A stretch of DNA of 64,000 bases from Podospora anserina (lineage: Eukaryota), in contig CM030335.1 in the NCBI GenBank assembly GCA_017654855.1, positions 1,178,001-1,242,000 on the forward strand, given 5' to 3'. Positions 37,901-49,583 of this stretch are shown here, piece after piece. The position numbers and the translations under genes are program-made. The notes under the pieces are model-generated. The model was not told the origin of the DNA. It saw only the letters and a list, made by a program, of their open reading frames with translations, and ran no database searches. Within the stretch, counting starts at the first letter, position 1. Every line of letters starts with the position of its first letter.

Positions 37901-39051
37901 GCAGCTGGAGAAATGAGGCGACGGATGCCGAGGGGGCACGTTCAAGGCTCTTCATAGTTTCTCGCCAATGAGCTATGATCGACTCAGCCTCTTCCAACGT
38001 GGGACAGCCAGGAGAAGAGGCGGCGTCAGTGTCAATTGCCATGAGATACCCACGCTGGCGTGTTTGCGGCAGATAGTACCGCTTGCTATCGATCTGAAGG
38101 TATCCGGCCTTGTAACCGATAAGTGGGAAAATCCGTTTGGTGTACATGCACCAAGGAGCGCCGTCGACATTTTCAAGGATGACGATCTTGGGGCGTCTCT
38201 CTTTGATGAAAATGAGCGCCGAAAAGAACGTGCGCATCGATTCACCAAGCTTCGCGTCCTCCATGCCATCAAGGCATTCGTCGAGAACTTGGTCAAAATC
38301 TTTGTTTCGTCGCACTGGGTGCGTTTTCTTAATGTCTTTGTCCTTCTTCTTCTTGTTGTCATCATCAAGAAGCCATTTATCGAGATTTTGGAAAACGCCA
38401 AGCTTCTCTTCGGTCTCCTTTTTGTTTGCTTTGGTCATGTTGATATTCAGAGTAGAATAATCGACACATGAGCAACCGCAGAAGAAAATGTCGATCTTCT
38501 CCCGGGGAATCTCAACCTTGGAACCGCCTGCGGTGAGACTGTGGCGCTGGGTTAGCCGAGTGGCATCACAGCATCAGGTTATAAACTTACACTTTTCCAT
38601 CCAGCTTGCTGGCAGCCAAAGCCAAATCTGCAACATCGCGGTAGATAATTGTCGGGGCTGGCAGATTCCTTCGAATGAAGCCTTGTTTGAAGGCCTCGAT
38701 CTCACAACTGAACTGATGAACTAGCTGGAACGGTGTCGGATGCCCAAGAATCTCAACAGCCTTCATCAACGCCTCTAGAGCAATGATGGGGGCATCAGTG
38801 CCGGAGCAGACAGTCGCCACCCGCAAGATGACTGTTTTCTGGGAAGGCGGCGGAACCCGAGAGGCCATGTCGAAGAACATGTCTCCCACTTGGGTCAACG
38901 GGGCAACGCCGGTGAGAATGGCGGACTCTTTTGTGCTCGAAGCTTGAGCATCAGCAACTTCCTTGTCATCGTTCGAGGAGGCTGGCTTCTTCTTGGTCTT
39001 TATGGACGACTTGGTCGCATCCAAGTTGTCGGATTTGCGCTTGGGAGGCAT
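31965..39051 (-). CDS. DNMT5: DNMT5-family C5 cytosine DNA methyltransferase fused to a SNF2 ATPase and RING finger (exons 39051-38591, 38538-31965), with one internal in-frame TAG at 36467-36465
   Basis: MTase motifs: LRVATVCSGTDAP (I), FSCEIEAFKQGFIRRN, IDIFFCGCSCVDYSTLN (IV, the SC type seen in DNMT5), ILENV (VI), YYLPQTRQRGY (VIII) and DLAGNAMTVTVVG (X). These are followed by a Cys-rich CHC..CRTC..CEECSGNPLH segment and SNF2 motifs GGVAAHEIGYGKT, TLVVVP, RVVWDE, WLLSGTP, VLVFGQY, SAGSNLTVANHIIF and QAKGRCLRYGQ, with a RING CGHILCSAC. A 52-nt GTAAGT..CTAAC..CAG intron lies at 38590-38539. The two long ORFs share a frame and are separated only by the TAG. The extreme C-terminus could carry another intron. 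Confidence 0.9.
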
Positions 39052-40584
39052 GTTGTCGCTACCCTGAATTAGCTGTTATTCATATATCCGGATAAGTATG
39101 CTAAAATGCATCGGATGTCATACTCAAGATCAGGAACCTTGTTGTTGAATGTCTGAAAAAACACAAGTCGGAGTTGGAAAACTTGGAGGAGGACAAAGGT
39201 GCAAGTAAACGAAAGCAGCGCGGAGGGGTGGTTGTGAAAAGTCGCAAGGCTCCGAGGCTGACCCACTTCGGCCCGGGCGAGGAGGGCTGGCAATTAGGGC
39301 GCGGAGACCGGGATCGTGGAGACCGGGGCAGCCGTGGAAACGGGGGCAACGAGCCGGCGAGAACCGCAAGGGCGTAGTAGAAGACTTAGAGAAGACTTGG
39401 ACGTGGGCAGCATGCTTTGAGAGAATGATATGAACATGCCCAAATGGTCAAGTTGGATTGAGAGATTCAGGGGTAGGTAAACAATGTTGATGTTGATGAT
39501 GTCCCAGCCAGGCTACGGGGCTCTGGGGCAAGTAAACAACGTGGAAGCGCTGTGAAGTTAACGCACCATTCATGCTTCAGCACCTAACGTATAAAGAAAG
39601 AAGTTGATCTCCATAACAGAACAGCAACATCCTTGATATGTCCTGAGAAAGGGACAGCGCTAGCACATAGCTTGTATATGTTGCATCGAGGCCAACGACA
39701 TCTTGGCTATCACTCCGACAAGCGTCTCCATGTTCATGCTGAATTGGCGTTGAAGCAGAAGATGTGAAAAAACGCTGGGTTAGTGCCCGTCGAGAAAGAA
39801 ACAAGAAGCGTGAAAGCTGAGCCGCAATAAAGGACGGCAATGACTTTTGTGTCATGCTGCATCTGGCGGATGGGCTTCTGCAGTAACATGCCGCAAGAAA
39901 TGTGTCTACCCATAACCGCATCACTTGGCAAACCCCAAAACACAAGATCTCCAACCAAAGCTGACAAGAAGTTGGAAAGGGCCATGGGAATGGCTTACAC
40001 ACATTCTTGCCAATGAAGGAAGTGATGTACCACAAAGCTCGAGCCCAGGCGTTGAAGATCAGAGAGCCACGCCACGCCTATATAACGATAGGGAGGCCGG
40101 GCATACCATGATACCATTTCGAGAGAGGGGAGTCACCACCTAGCACTAAGTTGCCCTTGTGGAGATGTGGCGTATTAGAGCAAGAAGATGTCAGAAGCAG
40201 AAACTGGGGGATAGCCAGAGACTGACAAAAGATGAAGGCAGATTGTACCTATACGAAATAGTCCAGACAGTCCATGAGACTTCGACACGCTCCCAAAAGG
40301 ATCAGAAATCCACGGCTGAGAACTTGGGATTGATCTTGATTGGTGGACGACGACATGTCGTTGAAGGTGGGTTCCGCCAAGACACGTGGCTGGACGGCTG
40401 GGACATAATTATCAAATCCCTGTCTCACAATCAGATGTCCAACAGACACAACCGTCCAGAATTCGAAGCTGTGTAGTGATCCCTATATCAGCAAAACAAC
40501 GTTGAAAACGGTCCGGGATTGGAGAATTCACTGCTTTAACGACTGGGTTCTTGACGTGAGCGAAATCCTTGATTAGCTGCTCAG

Positions 40585-42259
40585 ATGGGTGAGATGGCGA
40601 AGCCCGAGCTGGAGTCGACAGACATTCGGAATAAGTTGGAAGATCTTTCTGGTGTCGAGATCAAGCCTGGAGACAACCCTTACAACGCTCTGATCAACGC
40701 TTGTCATGGTAATGCGGTACGTTCCTGAATACTGTGATTGCACTTTTGTTGTCTTGTAGTGGAGGGGAGCAGGTGGTTGCTGAAGACAGAGGGAGGAAAC
40801 TGAGGGAGCGAGAAGAGACATGGTGTTAGAAGAAGGAAGGAGAGGAAGAATTAGGAGGATTCCGAAGAAATAAGATAGGAAGATGGGAAATAGGCGAGGC
40901 AGAGGGAAGAGGGATATTGAGAGAGAACAGAACAAGACTGTCGGCAACGAGGGGAAGTTGCCGGCGCATGCACTAGAGCGGGGCCAGAGGTCCGCGGAAG
41001 GTTACGGAGGGCGAGCGGGAAGAAGCTTGGAAAGCATCGGCGGAAAACCCGAAGGGGCCGAGGCCCTATCCGGACTTGAGCCCTAACAGACTATCGGGGG
41101 GGAAGTGTATAAGCATCAAGTGCCGGCAGACGACGGGTTATCGGTCGGGATGTTGCCGGCAGCTTGTGGAAAAAGCGCTGGACAGAACACGGAATAAGGC
41201 AAAGGTACCGGAAGGGATGAGAAGCAAAATCGGAATCAGTGCCACCAGAGTAAATTTTCTTATTGTTCAAGACTCGAGGCATCGAAATGTAAACAAAAGA
41301 AACCTGCTAATGAGACATGGTCCCAGGCCGAGATTCAGTCATTATATGCAACCCATCGCATTGCCCGAAACTTGCAACAGAAAGAAAAGTTTCTATCTCA
41401 CGAGTTCAAAGAACTCATCATCGATCCGTTTTTACTCCGTTTAGAGAACCCCAAGCTTGAGCCCGGATTCAAGGACCCTCGCAACTGTCTTGTTTTCTGG
41501 GCCAGGCCTCCAGATCACATCATCCGGTTGGTTGTTCATCTTCAGCAAGCACTCAAACAGGCAGCACCCAGTAAGCACATTTTCCCCCTTCCGCGAGCAG
41601 AGCTGACCGACCGAACCTTCCCAGACCTTTGGCTTATGCCGACTCACCGGATGCACATGACCACGCTCGAGATTGCCCATTCACGATCACCGGCTGAAAT
41701 TGAAAGTATGGTGGCCCTCATGCGGCCGCAACTCGCCAGTCTGACAAACATGCCCTTCACCAAGCGCGCTCGTCTGGTGAAGCCTTTTATATCCTATGAC
41801 CTCTCGGCATTGGCTGTCTCGTTCTTGCCTGCGGCAGGCGAAGCGGTGCTCTCACCACCACCCGTGGCACCGCACCCAAAACACATCAACCATCCAGGTC
41901 TGCTGGGGAACGACACGGCGGAAAGTGACACCTACACCTACCACCATCTGCGTCGCGATGTCTTTGACGAAGCAAAGTCGACTGGCGTAGAGATCGGGTC
42001 ACGTTATGTTGTTCCCAGTGCCCACATCACGCTGGGTCGATATCTCACACAGACGGACCACGAGACGCCGGAACAGCGACAGAAATGGGTCCAAGCTATT
42101 GATGATTTGAACAAGTGGCTGGAAGGTGAGGTCTGGGATGTGCAAGATGGAGAATATGTTGGCGAGTGGATCGTGGGCCAGGAGAGGGGGTTGGATGCTC
42201 GGAATGGGGCCCTTTGGTATGGTGGTGGCCGTACCATCATGGTTGGAGAAGGCTTCTAA
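40585..42259 (+). CDS. 2H-phosphoesterase (LigT/cyclic phosphodiesterase-like) protein (exons 40585-40716, 41327-41570, 41625-42259)
   Basis: Two HxT motifs (RMHMTTLE and SAHITLGR). Exon 1, MGEMAK...GDNPYNALINACHGNA, joins AEIQSLYATHR... in frame via a GTACGT..GCTAAT..CAG intron. The protein ends WYGGGRTIMVGEGF. An additional 5' exon cannot be excluded. Confidence 0.78.
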
Positions 42260-43249
42260 GATGTGCTGCGTAGCATGATGTACCATATATGAAGGTTGGT
42301 GTTTTGGCCGTCGTTTTCCGCCGTTGTTGGTTGCGGGTGGCCGGTCACGGAAACGGACACAAAGAGGTGTTGCGGGGCTACTTTGGGCTGCTGAGCACCG
42401 CTGACCACTCAAAAGTTGACGTTCGCATGTCAGGGCCCCGCTGTCCCCGGCTGTCGTGTCCATAGGTAGTGGAGCAAGGGTCTGGCACGCTTGTCTTTCC
42501 GGACTGGACGGTCCTGAGCGGCCCTCTCGATCCGCATTCCCTAGCGGGCGTAGCCAGGCTAGCAAGCATCCATCCTCTCCATACAGAGTATAGTCGTTAG
42601 CAATGCTGTAGTGTTCATTGTACAAAGTATAGACCAACACCACTCCAGACCAGCATAGCAGTCTTCTTCACGCAAGCATATTCCCGTCTCCCCCAGCGCC
42701 GAGCTGTCGACCGATCGCGACAGGCGTTCTCCAAACAGCCCACCTTCGCCGATCCCCACGATCTTCGAACCCGTCCGCCACGACCCGTCCGCCCGTCCGC
42801 CATCCTCTCCGGCCGCCCCAGTCGCCGTTTTGTACAATCTTCAGCAGGGCTTGGTGACCGTCGCGTCTGCGGCTTCAATTAAGCCCATTGCGGTCGGCGT
42901 GTTCCTTGAAGATATCGTGAGCTCGATTGCCGTGCCAGCTTTGCTGTGATCGTGTGGTTTCTCCTTGCTATGGTGCTCTGGTGATGCTATGGTCGGTGGG
43001 CTTGAAAACTGGAAACAACGATAGGAGTACTGATTCGTCGGAGCAGACAAAGCAAGCTCCACCTCTCGGGTCGGGTCCTAGAAACAAAAAGACACAATAG
43101 TGGCGGCAGAGAGAGCAAGCACGCGATACGGACAAGAGAAGAGAAAAGAGAAAGAGAAAGAGAAAGGGCATGCTCTGAGTGGGCGTATGCGAATGCGCTG
43201 AGGCCGTATACCCCCGGAGCGAAGACTGACCAGCCCGCTGCCGGCCGCC

Positions 43250-46200
43250 ATGGACACCAGATCGTTTGGTAGCAGCGGCAGCAGTAACAGCAGCAGCAGC
43301 AGCGTCAGCGGGAATGGTGGCGCCCCTGCGCTCCCTGGGCGTCCAGCACAAAGCTCAGTGCTTGCTCCAGTGTCCGAGGTGCCGTCGTTACGAGGCATGG
43401 AGAGGCTGTCCACCAGTAACCTTCGCAGCACCTTCCGTCCCAGCCTGGTCGTGCAGCACCGTGGTGACACAGCCGTCACACCTGAGCCGGCCAACGTCGC
43501 ACTCGACAGCCGCGACAGAACTGGCCAGGCGTCCCGCGCTTTCGGTTCCGTGTCACCTCAGACCTCTCCCAGAACGATACCCGGTGTCCCGGCCAGCCTG
43601 CCTGTGAGGCGCCAGGGTGTGGTCTTTAACGATTCCTTTGCCGGGTCCTATGAGGCCAATTCGTCCAGTCCTCCGCTTCGACCGCCGCCTTCGTTTCGTC
43701 CCAGGACACACACGATGGACGGTGCTTTCCGCCAACAGCTTGCCCCGACCGTCGAGGCACGACACCGCGTCGGCTCCTTTTCCTCGTCTCTCCCCGTGGC
43801 TGATGAGCTCAGGCTGCCGCCTCTCCAGCCACCCCTTGACTCATACCGACTCCCAGATCTCCAGCAGACATCACTCAGCACGTCTGCTCAAAAGGACAAG
43901 AAGTCGGCAGGCACCCGCAGTCGTTTGACAAAACGGCCCTCGTCTCGGCCCAGCTCGCCCCTGCTTTCCCTCCCGCCATCAGTTGACTCGTTGCTGCTAC
44001 CCATACCAACAACTGATGCGAACAAGGTGCTGCTGCTGATGAAGAATCTCTGCGGCAGGATGCGAGGCGATATAGAGTACCAGCGAGAAAGCGGCGGGCC
44101 CTGGCACAGCGGTGTATGCTATATAGAAGAGGATAAAGGAAGCCTAATGTTTGACCCAGGGGACCGGGGCCCTTTTCACACCACACTGGTCCCTGACCTG
44201 CGTGGGTGCAGGGTGGTGCCAATGGAACAAATGGATGGAGAATACCAATGCCTGGAACTCATCGCTCCCCAGCTGACATCAACCCTTCTCTTGCGGCCGC
44301 TGGTGGCCGAAGAGCTCGATCTCTGGCTGGCGGCGCTTCTTTGCTGGCAACAACTGCGACCGCCCGCTTCAAAACAGACACCACCTCGCGCGACCACCAC
44401 AGCAGCTCCAGCACGACCCGAGGTCAAGCGCCGTGTGTCTTCTTCGGGCCTGCGCGACACCCCCGTAATCAAAGTTGGCAAGGTCATGCTGTGGGACAAG
44501 GGCATCGCCACTTCTCCTCGCGCCATCGTCAAACGACCCTCGACCCGTGATCTCAAGTCAGCGCAAACTGCATGGAGAAAGGTGTCTTGTATTCTTCATG
44601 ACAATGGTGAGCTCAAGCTCATGACGGAAAATGATGTAACGGTGCTCTCGGTCATTGAGCTGCCTCAGCTAGCCAGGTCAGCCATTCAGCAGCTGGACAG
44701 ATCTGTGTTGGACGAGGACTACTGCCTGGCCATTTTCCCCATATACTCGTCGACCTCCACCCAGCTTTCGATTTTCAGACCAATATATGTGTCATTAGAG
44801 TCGCGGGTGCTGTTTGAGGTCTGGTTTGTGCTTTTGCGCGCATTCACTGTTCCTGACGTCTACACTCTGGATCCCGCCAGCGGAGGACAGGTGTGCGAGG
44901 TGACAGATCTCCAAGCTGAGCCTCCTGGTGAGACCTTTAGGCTGGAGAAGACAATATCTGTGAGGGTTACTGAGGCCAAACTACGCGGGCGCACCCTTAT
45001 TGCAGACGGACAAGCTTCGGATCGCCATAACAAGAGCGCCGATCACGAAGGAATCACGGGCAATTATCTGGCCGAAGTCATCCTCGATGGAGAGGTCAGA
45101 GCTCGCACGACCACCAAGATGAACACCAAAAAGCCGTTCTGGCGGGAAGACTGCGAGTTTGTAGACCTCCCTGCGTCGCTGCCTTATCTGTCGGTCCTGC
45201 TGAAACGGATTGATGGAAACATGGAGAGCTTCACGCATCAACTACAAGCTACTTTGGGGTTGGCCAGGACAGGCAACCTGGTTGAAGTTCTCTGCGGTGC
45301 TGTTGATATACCACTGCATCAGCTCGACCGAGGAAAGGATCACGAGCAGTGGTTTCCGATCTGCGATGAGAGACACCAGTCTGTCGGCTCCATGCTGGTA
45401 CGGCTACATCACGAAGAGCTTGTGGTGCTCCTATCTAAACATTATCAGCCGCTTTCAGACCTCCTGCATCGCTTTAGCTCTGGACTAACGGCGCAAATTA
45501 CCGAGGCCCTCCCCGGAAACCTGCGGCGCGTCGCCGAGACGTTTCTCAACATATTCCAGGTTTCAGGCACCTCGAACGAGTGGCTGATGAACATGGTTGA
45601 GGAAGAGATTGACGGCATTGGAAGCCAGGCCACGCTGAAAAAGCCCAGGTTCAGCAGTCGGCTCAAGTCCAATGACTCCCTAGAATCCACGAGCGATAGG
45701 GAGCAAATCGTTCGCGATATGGGCAAGTCGCTTCAGGGTGAGGCCAATTTGCTGTTCAGGGGCAACTCCCTCTTGACGCAAGCACTCGAGTTTCACATGC
45801 GCCGCCTTGGAAAGGAATATTTACACGAAACACTGGCCGAGAAGATATTTGAAATCAACGAGCTCAACCCCAACTGCGAGGTCGATCCCAGCAAGTTGCA
45901 GCAGGGCGAGGATGCGCAGCATCATTGGAATCACCTCATCCAGCTGACAAACGAGCTTTGGGGCTGCATTGCTGTATCAGCGTCACGGCTACCACCCGAG
46001 CTCCGGCATATTCTCAAATACATTCGTGCTGTGGCCGAGGATCGATACGGAGATTTCCTCCGCACCGTAACCTACACCTCGGTGTCTGGCTTCCTCTTCC
46101 TTCGCTTCCTCTGCCCAGCTATTCTCAACCCGAAACTATTTGGCCTCCTGCGCGACCACCCTCAACCCCGAGCCCAGCGCACACTAACCCTCATAGCCAA

Positions 46201-47179
46201 GGGTCTCCAAGCCCTCGCAAACCTCTCCACCATCGGCAAGAAGGAAACCTGGATGGAACCCATGAACCGCTTCCTGACCGCACAGCGCCAGGCCTTCAAA
46301 GACTTTCTCGATGCCGTCTGCGCTATCCCCGCCGAACGCACCAAAATGACCCTCCAGGCCTCCTACTCAACCCCAGTCGCCATCATGGGCCGGCTATCAC
46401 CACTCGCTCGCGAAGGCTTCCCCTCGCTACCCTACCTCCTTGATCCCGGCCGCAACTTCGCCGCCCTCGTCAAGCTCTGGATGGACGCCCACTCCATCAC
46501 CGCCAGCGCTTCCAAGGTGTACACAGGGGACCTTTTGAAATTCCACACCATGTGTGTAGACCTCCACCGCCGAGCAACAGCCTGCTACTCCCAGATCGAA
46601 ACCCTCCGCAGCGCCGTCGACGCAGTCAGCCAGCTCCCCGACAATGACCGCATCAGCCTCACCGATGCCCTTGATCGGATCAGCCTGGGCGACACACTGC
46701 ACATCTCACCATACAGCAACAGCAGCCACACCGCCTTCTGGTTTGACGCCGAGGGCCGCCCGCCAGGCTCGGCGGGGAGTGATGTCGTGCTCGACCATAC
46801 ATCCCTGGCGCTTTCCCCGAGCAGTCACAGCAAATTTGACTCGAGGTTTGGTGGAGGGAACAGTGGGGGTGGCAACAACAGACAGGTCTCGAGAAGCAGT
46901 GAGATGTCTGGTGCCTATGGTGGCGGCAACCCTGGCGGTGGTGGTGCTGCTGGCACGGTGCGCAACCTGCCTCGGAAGCTCCTCAATGGCTTTATTCGTA
47001 AGACGAGGACGGTTTCACCTGATATGCCTGAGGGCGCGACGAGCTCCTCGTCTACCCCCAGCAGTGGCACGCCGTGGGATCGGGAGCAGCAGGCGCAAGA
47101 AAGGGGAAGAGACAAGGAATATGAGCGGGAACATAAGCGGAGGGAGAAGGATAGGGACCGGGGTAGAGATAGGGATTAG
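43250..47179 (+). CDS. BUD2: Ras-family GTPase-activating protein with C2 and RasGAP domains (Bud2/Cla2-like)
   Basis: C2 domain (AEVILDGEVRART..PFWREDCEF), RasGAP arginine finger LFRGNSLLT, and the signatures FLRFLCPAILNPKLFGL and RTLTLIAKGLQALAN. Confidence 0.88.
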   Translation: MDTRSFGSSGSSNSSSSSVSGNGGAPALPGRPAQSSVLAPVSEVPSLRGMERLSTSNLRSTFRPSLVVQHRGDTAVTPEPANVALDSRDRTGQASRAFGSVSPQTSPRTIPGVPASLPVRRQGVVFNDSFAGSYEANSSSPPLRPPPSFRPRTHTMDGAFRQQLAPTVEARHRVGSFSSSLPVADELRLPPLQPPLDSYRLPDLQQTSLSTSAQKDKKSAGTRSRLTKRPSSRPSSPLLSLPPSVDSLLLPIPTTDANKVLLLMKNLCGRMRGDIEYQRESGGPWHSGVCYIEEDKGSLMFDPGDRGPFHTTLVPDLRGCRVVPMEQMDGEYQCLELIAPQLTSTLLLRPLVAEELDLWLAALLCWQQLRPPASKQTPPRATTTAAPARPEVKRRVSSSGLRDTPVIKVGKVMLWDKGIATSPRAIVKRPSTRDLKSAQTAWRKVSCILHDNGELKLMTENDVTVLSVIELPQLARSAIQQLDRSVLDEDYCLAIFPIYSSTSTQLSIFRPIYVSLESRVLFEVWFVLLRAFTVPDVYTLDPASGGQVCEVTDLQAEPPGETFRLEKTISVRVTEAKLRGRTLIADGQASDRHNKSADHEGITGNYLAEVILDGEVRARTTTKMNTKKPFWREDCEFVDLPASLPYLSVLLKRIDGNMESFTHQLQATLGLARTGNLVEVLCGAVDIPLHQLDRGKDHEQWFPICDERHQSVGSMLVRLHHEELVVLLSKHYQPLSDLLHRFSSGLTAQITEALPGNLRRVAETFLNIFQVSGTSNEWLMNMVEEEIDGIGSQATLKKPRFSSRLKSNDSLESTSDREQIVRDMGKSLQGEANLLFRGNSLLTQALEFHMRRLGKEYLHETLAEKIFEINELNPNCEVDPSKLQQGEDAQHHWNHLIQLTNELWGCIAVSASRLPPELRHILKYIRAVAEDRYGDFLRTVTYTSVSGFLFLRFLCPAILNPKLFGLLRDHPQPRAQRTLTLIAKGLQALANLSTIGKKETWMEPMNRFLTAQRQAFKDFLDAVCAIPAERTKMTLQASYSTPVAIMGRLSPLAREGFPSLPYLLDPGRNFAALVKLWMDAHSITASASKVYTGDLLKFHTMCVDLHRRATACYSQIETLRSAVDAVSQLPDNDRISLTDALDRISLGDTLHISPYSNSSHTAFWFDAEGRPPGSAGSDVVLDHTSLALSPSSHSKFDSRFGGGNSGGGNNRQVSRSSEMSGAYGGGNPGGGGAAGTVRNLPRKLLNGFIRKTRTVSPDMPEGATSSSSTPSSGTPWDREQQAQERGRDKEYEREHKRREKDRDRGRDRD

Positions 47180-47754
47180 TATATGTGTATGTATGCGTTT
47201 GTGTATATGCGGCGTTGGGGGGCGAGGGAGGTGGGTTTGGTTAAAACCGCCAGAAATCAATGATAGCCGTTGGAGACGCTGAAAGGATTCATCATGGGGG
47301 GGAAGATGGCGGGTCGGAGTATAAAAGGATCACATACAGTCTTGTCACTGGATGAAGGTGGCATTTGCGAAATATAGTTGCACGACACAACCTACTAGCA
47401 TTGGGCGTTGCTATATTGGTTGTCACGAACGGTTGCTGCCAGAAGACAGCAACACAACATACTATGCAGGATAACACATGAACTCTCAATATTAGCTCTG
47501 GGGTCGGATGAACGAAAAGAGAAATCAATCCTAGTATTGATGAAAAGACCTAGTGTCCCTTCGCTTATCTTGGGTATGCGTGAACATTACTGCGAACCCC
47601 CCCCCCCTCCACTAGTTTTCTTCCCATTGCAGTTTGACGCCATGAAACCCCATCCAGGAAGAAAGAAACAATGTGTGAAAAAGGTACCTGGCTACCCTGT
47701 GTGTGTCAGAAATCACTTGCAAAGTCATAACTCAATCATCTTTCCATGCCCCGT

Positions 47755-48959
47755 TCAGCTAAAGAACTTCTTGTACGCCGCCTTCTCCTTGGCGCGTCTC
47801 GCAGCAGCCGCCTTCTTGACCTCGGCCAGCTCCTTCGCGACAGCCGCGTTCTCCGGGTCAACCATTTGAGCCTCTCCCAAACTCTCCAGAGCAGCATCCT
47901 CATCCTTGAGACGCAGCTGAGCACGTCCGCGGTGGTAGAGAGCCTTTGCCTTCTCCTTGCCTGAGATGCCAGCCACGGCAAGAGCACCGTTTGCAGAACG
48001 AACCGTGTCATCCCACGCCTCCAGCTTGAAATTCATGAGCGCCGCGTTGGTGTTGAGCGAGATGCGCAAAGTGCTGAGCTTGGACTTGGTCTCATCGGAT
48101 TCGTTGTCCAGATCGGGGTCCTCGTTCAGGTAGCGCAAGCCCTTTTGGTATTTGTCCAGAGCCACGCTCAAGTCGCCACCCTTGAAAGCCTTGTTGCCAA
48201 ACTCCTTGCAGTCGCTGGCGATTTTGAGGATTTGAGTGGCGGAAAGAGTTTCGTTGCCACTAACTTGGTCTTCGGGGAAATCTTCGTACTCATCACCATA
48301 GGCGTCGGCTGTCTTGGTGTCGGCGGTGATGGCTTCGGAGCCGGAGAGCTCGCCGCAGTCGGCGATGACGGCATCTTTCGTGGGCTTGTCGGCTTGAGTG
48401 GTGAGGTTTTCGAGTTGACGGACGACGGACTTGCCGCTGAGGACCTCTCCAAAAACGACATGCTTTCCATCGAGATGTGGTGTTTGCACAGTAGTAATGA
48501 AGAATTGGGAACCGTTTGTACCTGTGGTCACGCCAACACTAGTCAGTCAAACTGCGCAAGCAGCTATATGACGAGGACACCTAGCCGGTGTTACCTACCG
48601 GGACCAGCATTAGCCATGGACAGCAGGAAAGGACGGTCGTGCTTCAGCTCAAAGTTCTCATCCTCAAACTTGGCACCATAGATGGACTCGCCGCCTGTGC
48701 CATTGCCGGCCGTGAAGTCACCACCCTGGATCATGAACTGCTTGATGATGCGGTGGAATAGCGACCCCTTGTAGTGCAAAGGTTTGCCGGCCTTGCCGAT
48801 ACCCTTCTCGCCCGTGCAGAGAGCGCGGAAGTTCTCGGCCGTCTTGGGCACAATGTCATCGTAAAGCTCGAATGTGATGCGGCCGGCGGGCTTTCCTCCG
48901 ATGGTAACGTCGAAGAAGACGCGGCTGCGAGCCTTCTTTGTCTCCTCGGTGCTGCTCAT
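47755..48959 (-). CDS. CPR6: Peptidyl-prolyl cis-trans isomerase D (cyclophilin-40, TPR co-chaperone); exons 48959-48599, 48521-47755
   Basis: Cyclophilin domain [59 protein letters not shown], followed by three TPR repeats and an AAYKKFFS end. Confidence 0.95.
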
Positions 48960-49583
48960 GGTTGCTATAACTGGTGTCTTGGGTAGATGGAATGGGTTGT
49001 TTCTAGAAGGGGGAGAAAAATTAGAAGGAGAGTTCCCCTGGTGCGTTTACAAGCGCGCGCGTTCGTAAGGGGTGCTCAAGGGGGCACGTTGAAGAGAGGG
49101 CTAGTTTCGATGTTGTGGGTAGAATTGGGTGTTAGGAAATTAGCAGTGCAGTGTGGATGGAAGACTAGAGTGATCACAGACGAATTGGGGATGTCAATGG
49201 TCCTTTTCAATGGCAACTCGGCCTGTTGGATGCACTGGCAGACATCAATACAGGCATGGAGGGGAGCTTCCTGAACCTTCGAAATGGTGGGGCTGTCAAC
49301 AGTCAAGCACCGACAATGAATGAGGGGTTGGGGTCGCGGTGGGGCCTCTGGGCTAAAGAAGCCGCAAGCAACCTGGAACCTTACCTGTTTTTGGAAAGGT
49401 GCCATCTCGCCCACATGCCTGCCGGGACACTTCTCCAGACTTCAAACCACCACCGCATGCCTGGCAGGAACAACGCTGAGAATAGCATCACACGGTATGA
49501 GCTCACCAGTTGTCTTTATTTGGCTAATCGCGTGATGATCTGAAGAGACACCCGCCGGTGTAGCAGTACGGACGGATTAGTCC

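Noticed and set aside
31965-39051. Treating DNMT5 as two separate genes or as a dead pseudogene
   Set aside because: The halves are in the same frame, separated by a single codon, with protein-like sequence running through the junction. There are no other stops or frameshifts in 7 kb, and the catalytic motifs are retained.
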